A stretch of DNA of 64,000 nucleotides from the NCBI GenBank assembly GCA_032718475.1, contig JAUCBJ010004986.1, forward strand, positions 9,231 to 73,230, read 5' to 3'. This DNA is from Nemertoderma westbladi (Eukaryota; Animalia; Xenacoelomorpha). Shown piece by piece: positions 13,618 to 28,600 of the stretch. The first letter of the stretch is position 1. Each line of letters starts with the position of its first letter. The translations under genes and the position numbers were made by a program. A model generated the notes under the pieces. It saw only the letters and a program-made list of their open reading frames with translations, did not search any database and was not told where the DNA came from.

Positions 13618-16600
13618 TTTATTTAATCATACAAGTGGGTAGGTAGACAAACATTGTGTGATCGTGGCGTTTATTTAATCATAAGTAGGATAACAAACAT
13701 TGTGTGATCGTGGCGTTTATTTAATCATACAAGTGGGTAGGTAGACAAACATTGTGTGATCGTGGCGTTTATTTAATCATACAAGTGGGTAGACAACATT
13801 GTGTGATCGTGGCGTTTATTTAATCATACAAGTGGGATAACAAACATTGTGTGATCGTGGCGTTTATTTAATCATACAAGTAGGTAGGTAGACAAACATT
13901 GTGTGATCGTGGTGTTTATTTAATCATACAAGTGGGTAGGTAGACAAACATTGTGTGATCGTGGCGTTTATTTAATCATACAAGTAGGTAGGTAGACAAA
14001 CATTGTGTGATCGTGGTGTTTATTTAATCATACAAGTGGGTAGGTAGACAAACATTGTGTGATCGTGGAGTTTAACTAATCATACAAGTGGGTAGGTAGA
14101 CAAACATTGTGTGATCGTGGCGTTTATTTAATCATACAAGTGGGTAGGTAGACAAACATTGTGTGATCGTGGCGTTTATTTAATCATCCGTGGGTTAACA
14201 AACATTGTGTGATCGTGGCGTTTATTTAATCATACAAGTGGGTAGGTAGACAAACATTGTGTGATCGTGGCGTTTATTTAATCATAAGTAGGATAACAAA
14301 CATTGTGTGATCGTGGCGTTTATTTAATCATACAAGTGGGTAGGTAGACAAACATTGTGTGATCGTGGCGTTTATTTAATCATACAAGTGGGTAGGTAGA
14401 CAAACATTGTGTGATCGTGGCGTTTATTTAATCATACAAGTAGGATAACAAACATTGTGTGATCGTGGCGTTTATTTAATCATAAGTAGGATAACGAACA
14501 TTGTGTGATCGTGGCGTTTATTTAATCATACAAGTGGGTAGGTAGACAAACATTGTGTGATCGTGGCGTTTATTTAATCATACAAGTGGGTAGGTAGACA
14601 AACATTGTGTGATCGTGGCGTTTATTTAATCATACAAGTGGGTAGGTAGACAAACATTGTGTGATCGTGGCGTTTATTTAATCATAAGTAGGATAACAAA
14701 CATTGTGTGATCGTGGCGTTTATTTAATCATAAGTAGGATAACAAACATTGTGTGATCGTGGCGTTTATTTAATCATACAAGTGGGTAGACAAACATTGT
14801 GTGATCGCGGCGTTTATTTAATCATAAGTAGGATAACAAACATTGTGTGATCGTGGCGTTTATTTAATCATAAGTAGGATAACAAACATTGTGTGATCGT
14901 GGCGTTTATTTAATCATACAAGTGGGTAGTTAGACAAACATTGTGTGATCGTGGCGTTTATTTAATCATACAAGTGGGTAGGTAGACAAACATTGTGTGA
15001 TCGTGGTGTTTATTTAATCATACAAGTGGGTAGGTAGACAAACATTGTGTGATCGTGGCGTTTATTTAATCATACAAGTGGGTAGGTAGACAAACATTGT
15101 GTGATCGTGGCGTTTATTTAATCATACAAGTGGGTAGACAAACATTGTGTGATCGTGGCGTTTATTTAATCATACAAGTGGGTAGACAAACATTGTGTGA
15201 TCGTGGCGTTTATTTAATCATACAAGTGGGTAGGTAGACAAACATTGTGTGATCGTGGCGTTTATTTAATCATACAAGTGGGTAGGTAGACAAACATTGT
15301 GAGATCGTGGCGTTTATTTAATCATACAAGTGGGTAGGTAGACAAACATTGTGTGATCGTGGCGTTTATTTAATCATACAAGTGGGTAGGTAGACAAACA
15401 TTGTGTGATCGTGGCGTTTATTTAATCATACAAGTGGGTAGGTAGACAAACATTGTGTGATCGTGGCGTTTATTTAATCATACAAGTGGGTAGGTAGACA
15501 AACATTGTGTGATCGTGGCGTTTATTTAATCATACAAGTGGGTAGGTAGACAAACATTGTGTGATCGTGGCGTTTATTTAATCATAAGTAGGATAACAAA
15601 CATTGTGTGATCGTGGCGTTTATTTAATCATAAGTAGGATAACAAACATTGTGTGATCGTGGCGTTTATTTAATCATACAAGTGGGTAGGTAGACAAACA
15701 TTGTGTGATCGTGGCGTTTATTTAATCATACAAGTGGGTAGGTAGACAAACATTGTGTGATCGTGGTGTTTATTTAATCATAAGTAGGATAACAAACATT
15801 GTGTGATCGTGGCGTTTATTTAATCATAAGTAGGATAACAAACATTGTGTAATCGTGGCGTTTATTTAATCATAAGTAGGATAACAAACATTGTGTGATC
15901 GTGGCGTTTATTTAATCATACAAGTGGGTAGGTAGACAAACATTGTGTGATCGTGGCGTTTATTTAATCATACAAGTGGGTAGGTAGACAAACATTGTGT
16001 GATCGTGGCGTTTATTTAATCATACAAGTGGGTAGGTAGACAAACATTGTGTGATCGTGGCGTTTATTTAATCATAAGTAGGATAACAAACATTGTGGGA
16101 TCGTGGTGTTTATTTAATCATACAAGTGGGTAGGTAGACAAACATTGTGTGATCGTGGCGTTTATTTAATCATACAAGTGGGTAGACAAACATTGTGTGA
16201 TCGTGGCGTTTATTTAATCATACAAGTGGGTAGGTAGACAAACATTTTGTGATCGTGGCGTTTATTTAATCATACAAGTGGGTAGGTAGACAAACATTGT
16301 GTGATCGTGGCGTTTATTTAATCATACAAGTGGGTAGGTAGACAAACATTGTGTGATCGTGGCGTTTATTTAATCATACAAGTGGGTAGGTAGACAAACA
16401 TTGTGTGATCGTGGCGTTTATTTAATCATAAGTAGGATAACAAACATTGTGTGATCGTGGCGTTTATTTAATCATACAAGTGGGTAGGTAGACAAACATT
16501 GTGTGATCGTGGCGTTTATTTAATCATAAGTAGGATAACAAACATTGTGTGATCGTGGCGTTTATTTAATCATACAAGTGGGTAGGTAGACAAACATTGT

Positions 16601-19600
16601 GTGATCGTGGCGTTTATTTAATCATACAAGTGGGTAGACAAACATTGTGTGATCGTGGCGTTTATTTAATCATACAAGTGGGTAGGTAGACAAACATTGT
16701 GTGATCGTGGCGTTTATTTAATCATACAAGTGGGTAGGTAGACAAACATTGTGTGATCGTGGCGTTTATTTAATCATACAAGTGGGTAGGTAGACAAACA
16801 TTGTGTGATCGTGGCGTTTATTTAATCATACAAGTGGGTAGGTAGACAAACATTGTGTGATCGTGGCGTTTATTTAATCATAAGTAGGATAACAAACATT
16901 GTGTGATCGTGGCGTTTATTTAATCATACAAGTAGGTAGGTAGACAAACATTGTGTGATCGTGGCGTTTATTTAATCACACAAGTGGGTAGGTAGACAAA
17001 CATTGTGTGATCGTGGCGTTTATTTAATCATACAAGTGGGTAGACAAACATTGTGTGATCGTGGCGTTTATTTAATCATAAGTAGGATAACAAACATTGT
17101 GTGATCGTGGCGTTTATTTAATCATACAAGTGGGTAGGTAGACAAACATTGTGTGATCGTGGCGTTTATTTAATCATACAAGTGGGTAGGTAGACAAACA
17201 TTGTGTGATCGTGGCGTTTATTTAATCATACAAGTGGGTAGGTAGACAAACATTGTGTGATCGTGGCGTTTATTTAATCATAAGTAGGATAACAAACATT
17301 GTGTGATCGTGGCGTTTATTTAATCATAAGTAGGATAACAAACATTGTGTGATCGTGGCGTTTATTTAATCATACAAGTGGGTAGGTAGACAAACATTGT
17401 GTGATCGTGGCGTTTATTTAATCATAAGTAGGATAACAAACATTGTGTGATCGTGGCGTTTATTTAATCATACAAGTGGGTAGGTAGACAAACATTGTGT
17501 GATCGTGGCGTTTATTTAATCATACAAGTGGGTAGGTAGACAAACATTGTGTGATCGTGGCGTTTATTTAATCATACAAGTGGGTAGGTAGACAAACATT
17601 GTGTGATCGTGGCGTTTATTTAATCATACAAGTGGGTAGGTAGACAAACATTGTGTGATCGTGGCGTTTATTTAATCATACAAGTGGGTAGGTAGACAAA
17701 CATTGTGTGATCGTGGCGTTTATTTAATCATACAAGTAGGTAGGTAGACAAACATTGTGTGATCGTGGCGTTTATTTAATCATACAAGTGGGTAGGTAGA
17801 CAAACATTGTGTGATCGTGGCGTTTATTTAATCATACAAGTGGGTAGGTAGACAAACATTGTGTGATCGTGGCGTTTATTTAATCATAAGTAGGATAACA
17901 AACATTGTGTGATCGTGGCGTTTATTTAATCATACAAGTAGGTAGGTAGACAAACATTGTGTGATCGTGGCGTTTATTTAATCATACAAGTGGGTAGGTA
18001 GACAAACATTGTGTGATCGTGGCGTTTATTTAATCATAAGTAGGATAACAAACATTGTGTGATCGTGGCGTTTATTTAATCATACAAGTGGGTAGGTAGA
18101 CAAACATTGTGTGATCGTGGCGTTTATTTAATCATACAAGTGGGTAGACAACATTGTGTGATCGTGGCGTTTATTTAATCATACAAGTGGGATAACAAAC
18201 ATTGTGTGATCGTGGCGTTTATTTAATCATACAAGTAGGTAGGTAGACAAACATTGTGTGATCGTGGTGTTTATTTAATCATACAAGTGGGTAGGTAGAC
18301 AAACATTGTGTGATCGTGGCGTTTATTTAATCATACAAGTAGGTAGGTAGACAAACATTGTGTGATCGTGGTGTTTATTTAATCATACAAGTGGGTAGGT
18401 AGACAAACATTGTGTGATCGTGGAGTTTAACTAATCATACAAGTGGGTAGGTAGACAAACATTGTGTGATCGTGGCGTTTATTTAATCATACAAGTGGGT
18501 AGGTAGACAAACATTGTGTGATCGTGGCGTTTATTTAATCATCCGTGGGTTAACAAACATTGTATGATCGTGGCGTTTATTTAATCATACAAGTGGGTAG
18601 GTAGACAAACATTGTGTGATCGTGGCGTTTATTTAATCATACAAGTGGGTAGGTAGACAAACATTGTGTGATCGTGGCGTTTATTTAATCATAAGTAGGA
18701 TAACAAACATTGTGTGATCGTGGCGTTTATTTAATCATACAAGTGGGTAGGTAGACAAACATTGTGTGATCGTGGCGTTTATTTAATCATACAAGTGGGT
18801 AGGTAGACAAACATTGTGTGATCGTGGCGTTTATTTAATCATACAAGTAGGATAACAAACATTGTGTGATCGTGGCGTTTATTTAATCATAAGTAGGATA
18901 ACGAACATTGTGTGATCGTGGCGTTTATTTAATCATACAAGTGGGTAGGTAGACAAACATTGTGTGATCGTGGCGTTTATTTAATCATACAAGTGGGTAG
19001 GTAGACAAACATTGTGTGATCGTGGCGTTTATTTAATCATACAAGTGGGTAGGTAGACAAACATTGTGTGATCGTGGCGTTTATTTAATCATAAGTAGGA
19101 TAACAAACATTGTGTGATCGTGGCGTTTATTTAATCATAAGTAGGATAACAAACATTGTGTGATCGTGGCGTTTATTTAATCATACAAGTGGGTAGACAA
19201 ACATTGTGTGATCGCGGCGTTTATTTAATCATAAGTAGGATAACAAACATTGTGTGATCGTGGCGTTTATTTAATCATAAGTAGGATAACAAACATTGTG
19301 TGATCGTGGCGTTTATTTAATCATACAAGTGGGTAGTTAGACAAACATTGTGTGATCGTGGCGTTTATTTAATCATACAAGTGGGTAGGTAGACAAACAT
19401 TGTGTGATCGTGGTGTTTATTTAATCATACAAGTGGGTAGGTAGACAAACATTGTGTGATCGTGGCGTTTATTTAATCATACAAGTGGGTAGGTAGACAA
19501 ACATTGTGTGATCGTGGCGTTTATTTAATCATACAAGTGGGTAGACAAACATTGTGTGATCGTGGCGTTTATTTAATCATACAAGTGGGTAGACAAACAT

Positions 19601-22600
19601 TGTGTGATCGTGGCGTTTATTTAATCATACAAGTGGGTAGGTAGACAAACATTGTGTGATCGTGGCGTTTATTTAATCATACAAGTGGGTAGGTAGACAA
19701 ACATTGTGTGATCGTGGCGTTTATTTAATCATACAAGTGGGTAGGTAGACAAACATTGTGTGATCGTGGCGTTTATTTAATCATACAAGTGGGTAGGTAG
19801 ACAAACATTGTGTGATCGTGGCGTTTATTTAATCATACAAGTGGGTAGGTAGACAAACATTGTGTGATCGTGGCGTTTATTTAATCATACAAGTGGGTAG
19901 GTAGACAAACATTGTGTGATCGTGGCGTTTATTTAATCATACAAGTGGGTAGGTAGACAAACATTGTGTGATCGTGGCGTTTATTTAATCATACAAGTGG
20001 GTAGGTAGACAAACATTGTGTGATCGTGGCGTTTATTTAATCATACAAGTGGGTAGGTAGACAAACATTGTGTGATCGTGGCGTTTATTTAATCATAAGT
20101 AGGATAACAAACATTGTGTGATCGTGGCGTTTATTTAATCATAAGTAGGATAACAAACATTGTGTGATCGTGGCGTTTATTTAATCATACAAGTGGGTAG
20201 GTAGACAAACATTGTGTGATCGTGGCGTTTATTTAATCATAAGTAGGATAACAAACATTGTGTGATCGTGGCGTTTATTTAATCATACAAGTGGGTAGGT
20301 AGACAAACATTGTGTGATCGTGGCGTTTATTTAATCATACAAGTGGGTAGGTAGACAAACATTGTGTGATCGTGGCGTTTATTTAATCATACAAGTGGGT
20401 AGGTAGACAAACATTGTGTGATCGTGGCGTTTATTTAATCATAAGTGGGATAACAAACATTGTGTGATCGTGGCGTTTATTTAATCATAAGTAGGATAAC
20501 AAACATTGTGTGATCGTGGCGTTTATTTAATCATACAAGTGGGTAGGTAGACAAACATTGTGTGATCGTGGCGTTTATTTAATCATAAGTAGGATAACAA
20601 ACATTGTGTGATCGTGGCGTTTATTTAATCATAAGTAGGATAACAAACATTGTGTGATCGTGGCGTTTATTTAATCATAAGTAGGATAACAAACATTGTG
20701 TGATCGTGGCGTTTATTTAATCATACAAGTGGGTAGGTAGACAAACATTGTGTGATCGTGGCGTTTATTTAATCATACAAGTGGGTAGGTAGACAAACAT
20801 TGTGTGATCGTGGCGTTTATTTAATCATACAAGTGGGTAGGTAGACAAACATTGTGTGATCGTGGCGTTTATTTAATCATACAAGTGGGTAGGTAGACAA
20901 ACATTGTGTGATCGTGGCGTTTATTTAATCATAAGTAGGATAACAAACATTGTGTGATCGTGGCGTTTATTTAATCATACAAGTGGGTAGGTAGACAAAC
21001 ATTGTGTGATCGTGGCGTTTATTTAATCATACAAGTGGGTAGGTAGACAAACATTGTGTGATCGTGGCGTTTATTTAATCATAAGTAGGAGTAGACAAAC
21101 ATTGTGTGATCGTGGCGTTTATTTAATCATACAAGTGGGTAGGTAGACAAACATTGTGTGATCGTGGCGTTTATTTAATCATACAAGTGGGATAGACAAA
21201 CATTGTGTGATCGTGGCGTTTATTTAATCATACAAGTGGGTAGGTAGACAAACATTGTGTGATCGTGGCGTTTATTTAATCATACAAGTGGGTAGGTAGA
21301 CAAACATTGTGTGATCGTGGCGTTTATTTAATCATACAAGTGGGTAGGTAGACAAACATTGTGTGATCGTGGCGTTTATTTAATCATACAAGTGGGTAGG
21401 TAGACAAACATTGTGTGATCGTGGCGTTTATTTAATCATACAAGTGGGTAGGTAGACAAACATTGTGTGATCGTGGCGTTTATTTAATCATACAAGTGGG
21501 TAGGTAGACAAACATTGTGTGATCGTGGCGTTTATTTAATCATACAAGTAGGTAGGTAGACAAACATTGTGTGATCGTGGCGTTTATTTAATCATACAAG
21601 TGGGTAGGTAGACAAACATTGTGTGATCGTGGCGTTTATTTAATCATACAAGTGGGTAGGTAGACAAACATTGTGTGATCGTGGCGTTTATTTAATCATA
21701 AGTAGGATAACAAACATTGTGTGATCGTGGCGTTTATTTAATCATACAAGTAGGTAGGTAGACAAACATTGTGTGATCGTGGCGTTTATTTAATCATACA
21801 AGTGGGTAGGTAGACAAACATTGTGTGATCGTGGCGTTTATTTAATCATACAAGTGGGTAGGTAGACAAACATTGTGTGATCGTGGTGTTTATTTAATCA
21901 TAAGTAGGATAACAAACATTGTGTGATCGTGGCGTTTATTTAATCATACAAGTGGGTAGGTAGACAAACATTGTGTGATCGTGGCGTTTATTTAATCATA
22001 CAAGTGGGTAGGTAGACAAACATTGTGTGATCGTGGCGTTTATTTAATCATACAAGTGGGTAGGTAGACAAACATTGTGTGATCGTGGCGTTTATTTAAT
22101 CATACAAGTGGGTAGGTAGACAAACATTGTGTGATCGTGGCGTTTATTTAATCATAAGTAGGATAACAAACATTGTGTGATCGTGGCGTTTATTTAATCA
22201 TACAAGTAGGTAGGTAGACAAACATTGTGTGATCGTGGCGTTTATTTAATCATACAAGTGGGTAGGTAGACAAACATTGTGTGATCGTGGCGTTTATTTA
22301 ATCATACAAGTGGGTAGGTAGACAAACATTGTGTGATCGTGGCGTTTATTTAATCGTACAAGTGGGTAGGTAGACAAACATTGTGTGATCGTGGCGTTTA
22401 TTTAATCATAAGTAGGATAACAAACATTGTGTGATCGTGGCGTTTATTTAATCATACAAGTAGGTAGGTAGACAAACATTGTGTGATCGTGGCGTTTATT
22501 TAATCGTACAAGTGGGTAGGTAGACAAACATTGTGTGATCGTGGCGTTTATTTAATCATAAGTAGGATAACAAACATTGTGTGATCGTGGCGTTTATTTA

Positions 22601-25600
22601 ATCATACAAGTGGGTAGGTAGACAAACATTGTGTGATCGTGGCGTTTATTTAATCGTACAAGTGGGTAGGTAGACAAACATTGTGTGATCGTGGCGTTTA
22701 TTTAATCATAAGTAGGATAACAAACATTGTGTGATCGTGGCGTTTATTTAATCATACAAGTAGGTAGGTAGACAAACATTGTGTGATCGTGGCGTTTATT
22801 TAATCATACAAGTGGGTAGGTAGACAAACATTGTGTGATCGTAGCGTTTATTTAATCATACAAGTGGGTAGGTAGACAAACATTGTGTGATCGTGGTGTT
22901 TAATTAATCATAAGTAGGATAACAAACATTGTGTGATCGTGGCGTTTATTTAATCATACAAGTGGGTAGGTAGACAAACATTGTGTGATCGTGGCGTTTA
23001 TTTAATCATACAAGTGGGTAGGTAGACAAACATTGTGTGATCGTGGCGTTTATTTAATCATACAAGTGGGTAGGTAGACAAACATTGTGTGATCGTGGCG
23101 TTTATTTATTCATACAAGTGGGTAGGTAGACAAACATTGTGTGATCGTGGCGTTTATTTAATCATACAAGTGGGTAGGTAGACAAACATTGTGTGATCGT
23201 GGCGTTTATTTAATCATACAAGTGGGTAGGTAGACAAACATTGTGTGATCGTGGCGTTTATTTAATCATACAAGTGGGTAGGTAGACAAACATTGTGTGA
23301 TCGTGGCGTTTATTTAATCATACAAGTGGGTAGGTAGACAAACATTGTGTGATCGTGGCGTTTATTTAATCATAAGTAGGATAACAAACATTGTGTGATC
23401 GTGTCGTTTATTTAATCATACAAGTGGGTAGGTAGACAAACATTGTGTGATCGTGGCGTTTATTTAATCATACAAGTGGGTAGGTAGACAAACATTGTGT
23501 GATCGTGGCGTTTATTTAATCATACAAGTGGGTAGGTAGACAAACATTGTGTGATCGTGGCGTTTATTTATTCATACAAGTGGGTAGGTAGACAAACATT
23601 GTGTGATCGTGGCGTTTATTTAATCATAAGTGGGATAACAAACATTGTGTGATCGTGGCGTTTATTTAATCATAAGTAGGATAACAAACATTGTGTGATC
23701 GTGGCGTTTATTTAATCATACAAGTGGGTAGGTAGACAAACATTGTGTGATCGTGGCGTTTATTTAATCATAAGTGGGATAACAAACATTGTGTGATCGT
23801 GGCGTTTATTTAATCATAAGTAGGATAACAAACATTGTGTGATCGTGGCGTTTATTTAATCATACAAGTGGGTAGGTAGACAAACATTGTGTGATCGTGG
23901 CGTTTATTTAATCATAAGTAGGATAACAAACATTGTGTGATCGTGGCGTTTATTTAATCATACAAGTGGGTAGGTAGACAAACATTGTGTGATCGTGGCG
24001 TTTATTTAATCATAAGTGGGATAACAAACATTGTGTGATCGTGGCGTTTATTTAATCATAAGTAGGATAACAAACATTGTGTGATCGTGGCGTTTATTTA
24101 ATCATACAAGTGGGTAGGTAGACAAACATTGTGTGATCGTGGCGTTTATTTATTCATACAAGTGGGTAGGTAGACAAACATTGTGTGATCGTGGCGTTTA
24201 TTTAATCATAAGTGGGATAACAAACATTGTGTGATCGTGGCGTTTATTTAATCATAAGTGGGATAACAAACATTGTGTGATCGTGGTGTTTATTTAATCA
24301 TACAAGTGGGTAGGTAGACAAACATTGTGTGATCGTGGCGTTTATTTAATCATACAAGTAGGTAGGTAGACAAACATTGTGTGATCGTGGCGTTTATTTA
24401 ATCATACAAGTGGGTAGGTAGACAAACATTGTGTGATCGTGGCGTTTATTTAATCATACAAGTGGGTAGGTAGACAAACATTGTGTGATCGTGGCGTTTA
24501 TTTAACCATACAAGTGGGTAGGTAGACAAACATTGTGTGATCGTGGCGTTTATTTAATCATAAGTAGGATAACAAACATTGTGTGATCGTGGCGTTTATT
24601 TAATCATAAGTAGGATAACAAACATTGTGTGATCGTGGCGTTTATTTAATCATACAAGTGGGTAGACAAACATTGTGTGATCGCGGCGTTTATTTAATCA
24701 TACAAGTAGGTAGGTAGACAAACATTGTGTGATCGTGGCGTTTATTTAATCATACAAGTGGGTAGGTAGACAAACATTGTGTGATCGCGGCGTTTATTTA
24801 ATCATACAAGTGGGTAGACAAACATTGTGTGATCGCGGCGTTTATTTAATCATACAAGTAGGTAGGTAGACAAACATTGTGTGATCGTGGCGTTTATTTA
24901 ACCATACAAGTGGGATAACAAACATTGTGTGATCGTGGCGTTTATTTAATCATAAGTGGGTAGACAAACATTGTGTGATCGCGGCGTTTATTTAATCATA
25001 CAAGTAGGTAGGTAGACAAACATTGTGTGATCGTGGCGTTTATTTAATCATACAAGTGGGTAGGTAGACAAACATTGTGTGATCGCGGCGTTTATTTAAT
25101 CATACAAGTGGGTAGGTAGACAAACATTGTGTGATCGTGGCGTTTATTTAATCATACAAGTGGGTAGGTAGACAAACATTGTGTGATCGCGGCGTTTATT
25201 TAATCATACAAGTGGGTAGGTAGACAAACATTGTGTGATCGTGGCGTTTATTTAATCATACAAGTGGGTAGGTAGACAAACATTGTGTGATCGTGGCGTT
25301 TATTTAATCATACAAGTGGGTAGGTAGACAAACATTGTGTGATCGTGGCGTTTATTTAATCATACAAGTGGGTAGGTAGACAAACATTGTGTGATCGTGG
25401 TGTTTATTTAATCATACAAGTAGGTAGACAAACATTGTGTGATCGTGGCGTTTATTTATTCATACAAGTGGGTAGGTAGACAAACATTGTGTGATCGTGG
25501 CGTTTATTTAATCATAAGTGGGATAACAAACATTGTGTGATCGTGGCGTTTATTTAATCATACAAGTGGGTAGTTAGACAAACATTGTGTGATCGTGGCG

Positions 25601-28600
25601 TTTATTTAATCATACAAGTGGGTAGGTAGACAAACATTGTGTGATCGTGGTGTTTATTTAATCATACAAGTGGGTAGGTAGACAAACATTGTGTGATCGT
25701 GGCGTTTATTTAATCATAAGTGGGATAACAAACATTGTGTGATCGTGGCGTTTATTTAATCATACAAGTAGGTAGACAAACATTGTGTGATCGTGGCGTT
25801 TATTTAATCATACAAGTGGGTAGACAAACATTGTGTGATCGTGGCGTTTATTTAATCATAAGTGGGATAACAAACATTGTGTGATCGTGGCGTTTATTTA
25901 ATCATACAAGTAGGTAGACAAACATTGTGTGATCGTGGCGTTTATTTAATCATACAAGTGGGTAGTTAGACAAACATTGTGTGATCGTGGCGTTTATTTA
26001 ATCATAAGTGGGATAACAAACATTGTGTGATCGTGGCGTTTATTTAATCATACAAGTGGGTAGGTAGACAAACATTGTGTGATCGTGGCGTTTATTTAAT
26101 CATACAAGTGGGTAGGTAGACAAACATTGTGTGATCGTGGCGTTTATTTAATCATACAAGTGGGTAGGTAGACAAACATTGTGTGATCGTGGCGTTTATT
26201 TAATCATACAAGTGGGTAGGTAGACAAACATTGTGTGATCGTGGCGTTTATTTAATCATACAAGTGGGTAGGTAGACAAACATTGTGTGATCGTGGCGTT
26301 TATTTAATCATACAAGTGGGTAGGTAGACAAACATTGTGTGATCGTGGCGTTTATTTAATCATACAAGTGGGTAGGTAGACAAACATTGTGTGATCGTGG
26401 CGTTTATTTAATCATACAAGTGGGTAGGTAGACAAACATTGTGTGATCGTGGCGTTTATTTAATCATAAGTGGGATAACAAACATTGTGTGATCGTGGCG
26501 TTTATTTAATCATACAAGTAGGTAGACAAACATTGTGTGATCGTGGCGTTTATTTAATCATACAAGTGGGTAGTTAGACAAACATTGTGTGATCGTGGCG
26601 TTTATTTAATCATAAGTGGGATAACAAACATTGTGTGATCGTGGCGTTTATTTAATCATACAAGTGGGTAGGTAGACAAACATTGTGTGATCGTGGCGTT
26701 TATTTAATCATACAAGTGGGTAGGTAGACAAACATTGTGTGATCGTGGCGTTTATTTAATCATACAAGTGGGTAGTTAGACAAACATTGTGTGATCGTGG
26801 CGTTTATTTAATCATAAGTGGGATAACAAACATTGTGTGATCGTGGCGTTTATTTAATCATAAGTAGGATAACAAACATTGTGTGATCGTGGCGTTTATT
26901 TAATCATACAAGTAGGTAGACAAACATTGTGTGATCGTGGCGTTTATTTAATCATACAAGTGGGTAGTTAGACAAACATTGTGTGATCGTGGCGTTTATT
27001 TAATCATAAGTAGGATAACAAACATTGTGTGATCGTGGCGTTTATTTAATCATACAAGTGGGTAGACAAACATTGTGTGATCGTGGTGTTTATTTAATCA
27101 TACAAGTAGGTAGACAAACATTGTGTGATCGTGGCGTTTATTTAATCATACAAGTAGGTAGGTAGACAAACATTGTGTGATCGTGGCGTTTATTTAATCA
27201 TACAAGTAGGTAGACAAACATTGTGTGATCGTGGCGTTTATTTAATCATACAAGTGGGTAGTTAGACAAACATTGTGTGATCGTGGCGTTTATTTAATCA
27301 TACAAGTAGGTAGACAAACATTGTGTGATCGTGGCGTTTATTTAATCATACAAGTGGGTAGTTAGACAAACATTGTGTGATCGTGGCGTTTATTTAATCA
27401 TACAAGTGGGTAGGTAGTCAAACATTGTGTGATCGTGGCGTTTATTTAATCATACAAGTGGGTAGGTAGACAAACATTGTGTGATCGTGGCGTTTATTTA
27501 ATCATACAAGTAGGTAGGTAGACAAACATTGTGTGATCGTGGCGTTTATTTAATCATACAAGTGGGTAGGTAGTCAAACATTGTGTGATCGTGGCGTTTA
27601 TTTAATCATACAAGTGGGTAGACAAACATTGTGTGATCGTGGCGTTTATTTAATCATACAAGTGGGTAGTTAGACAAACATTGTGTGATCGTGGCGTTTA
27701 TTTAATCATAAGTAGGATAACAAACATTGTGTGATCGTGGCGTTTATTTAATCATACAAGTGGGTAGACAAACATTGTGTGATCGTGGTGTTTATTTAAT
27801 CATACAAGTAGGTAGACAAACATTGTGTGATCGTGGCGTTTATTTAATCATACAAGTAGGTAGGTAGACAAACATTGTGTGATCGTGGCGTTTATTTAAT
27901 CATACAAGTAGGTAGACAAACATTGTGTGATCGTGGCGTTTATTTAATCATACAAGTGGGTAGTTAGACAAACATTGTGTGATCGTGGCGTTTATTTAAT
28001 CATACAAGTAGGTAGACAAACATTGTGTGATCGTGGCGTTTATTTAATCATACAAGTGGGTAGGTAGACAAACATTGTGTGATCGTGGCGTTTATTTAAT
28101 CATACAAGTGGGTAGACAAACATTGTGTGATCGTGGCGTTTATTTAATCATAAGTGGGATAACAAACATTGTGTGATCGTGGCGTTTATTTAATCATACA
28201 AGTGGGTAGACAAACATTGTGTGATCGTGGTGTTTATTTAATCATACAAGTAGGTAGACAAACATTGTGTGATCGTGGCGTTTATTTAATCATACAAGTA
28301 GGTAGGTAGACAAACATTGTGTGATCGTGGCGTTTATTTAATCATACAAGTGGGTAGTTAGACAAACATTGTGTGATCGTGGCGTTTATTTAATCATACA
28401 AGTAGGTAGACAAACATTGTGTGATCGTGGCGTTTATTTAATCATACAAGTGGGTAGTTAGACAAACATTGTGTGATCGTGGCGTTTATTTAATCATACA
28501 AGTGGGTAGGTAGTCAAACATTGTGTGATCGTGGCGTTTATTTAATCATACAAGTGGGTAGGTAGACAAACATTGTGTGATCGTGACGTTTATTTAATCA

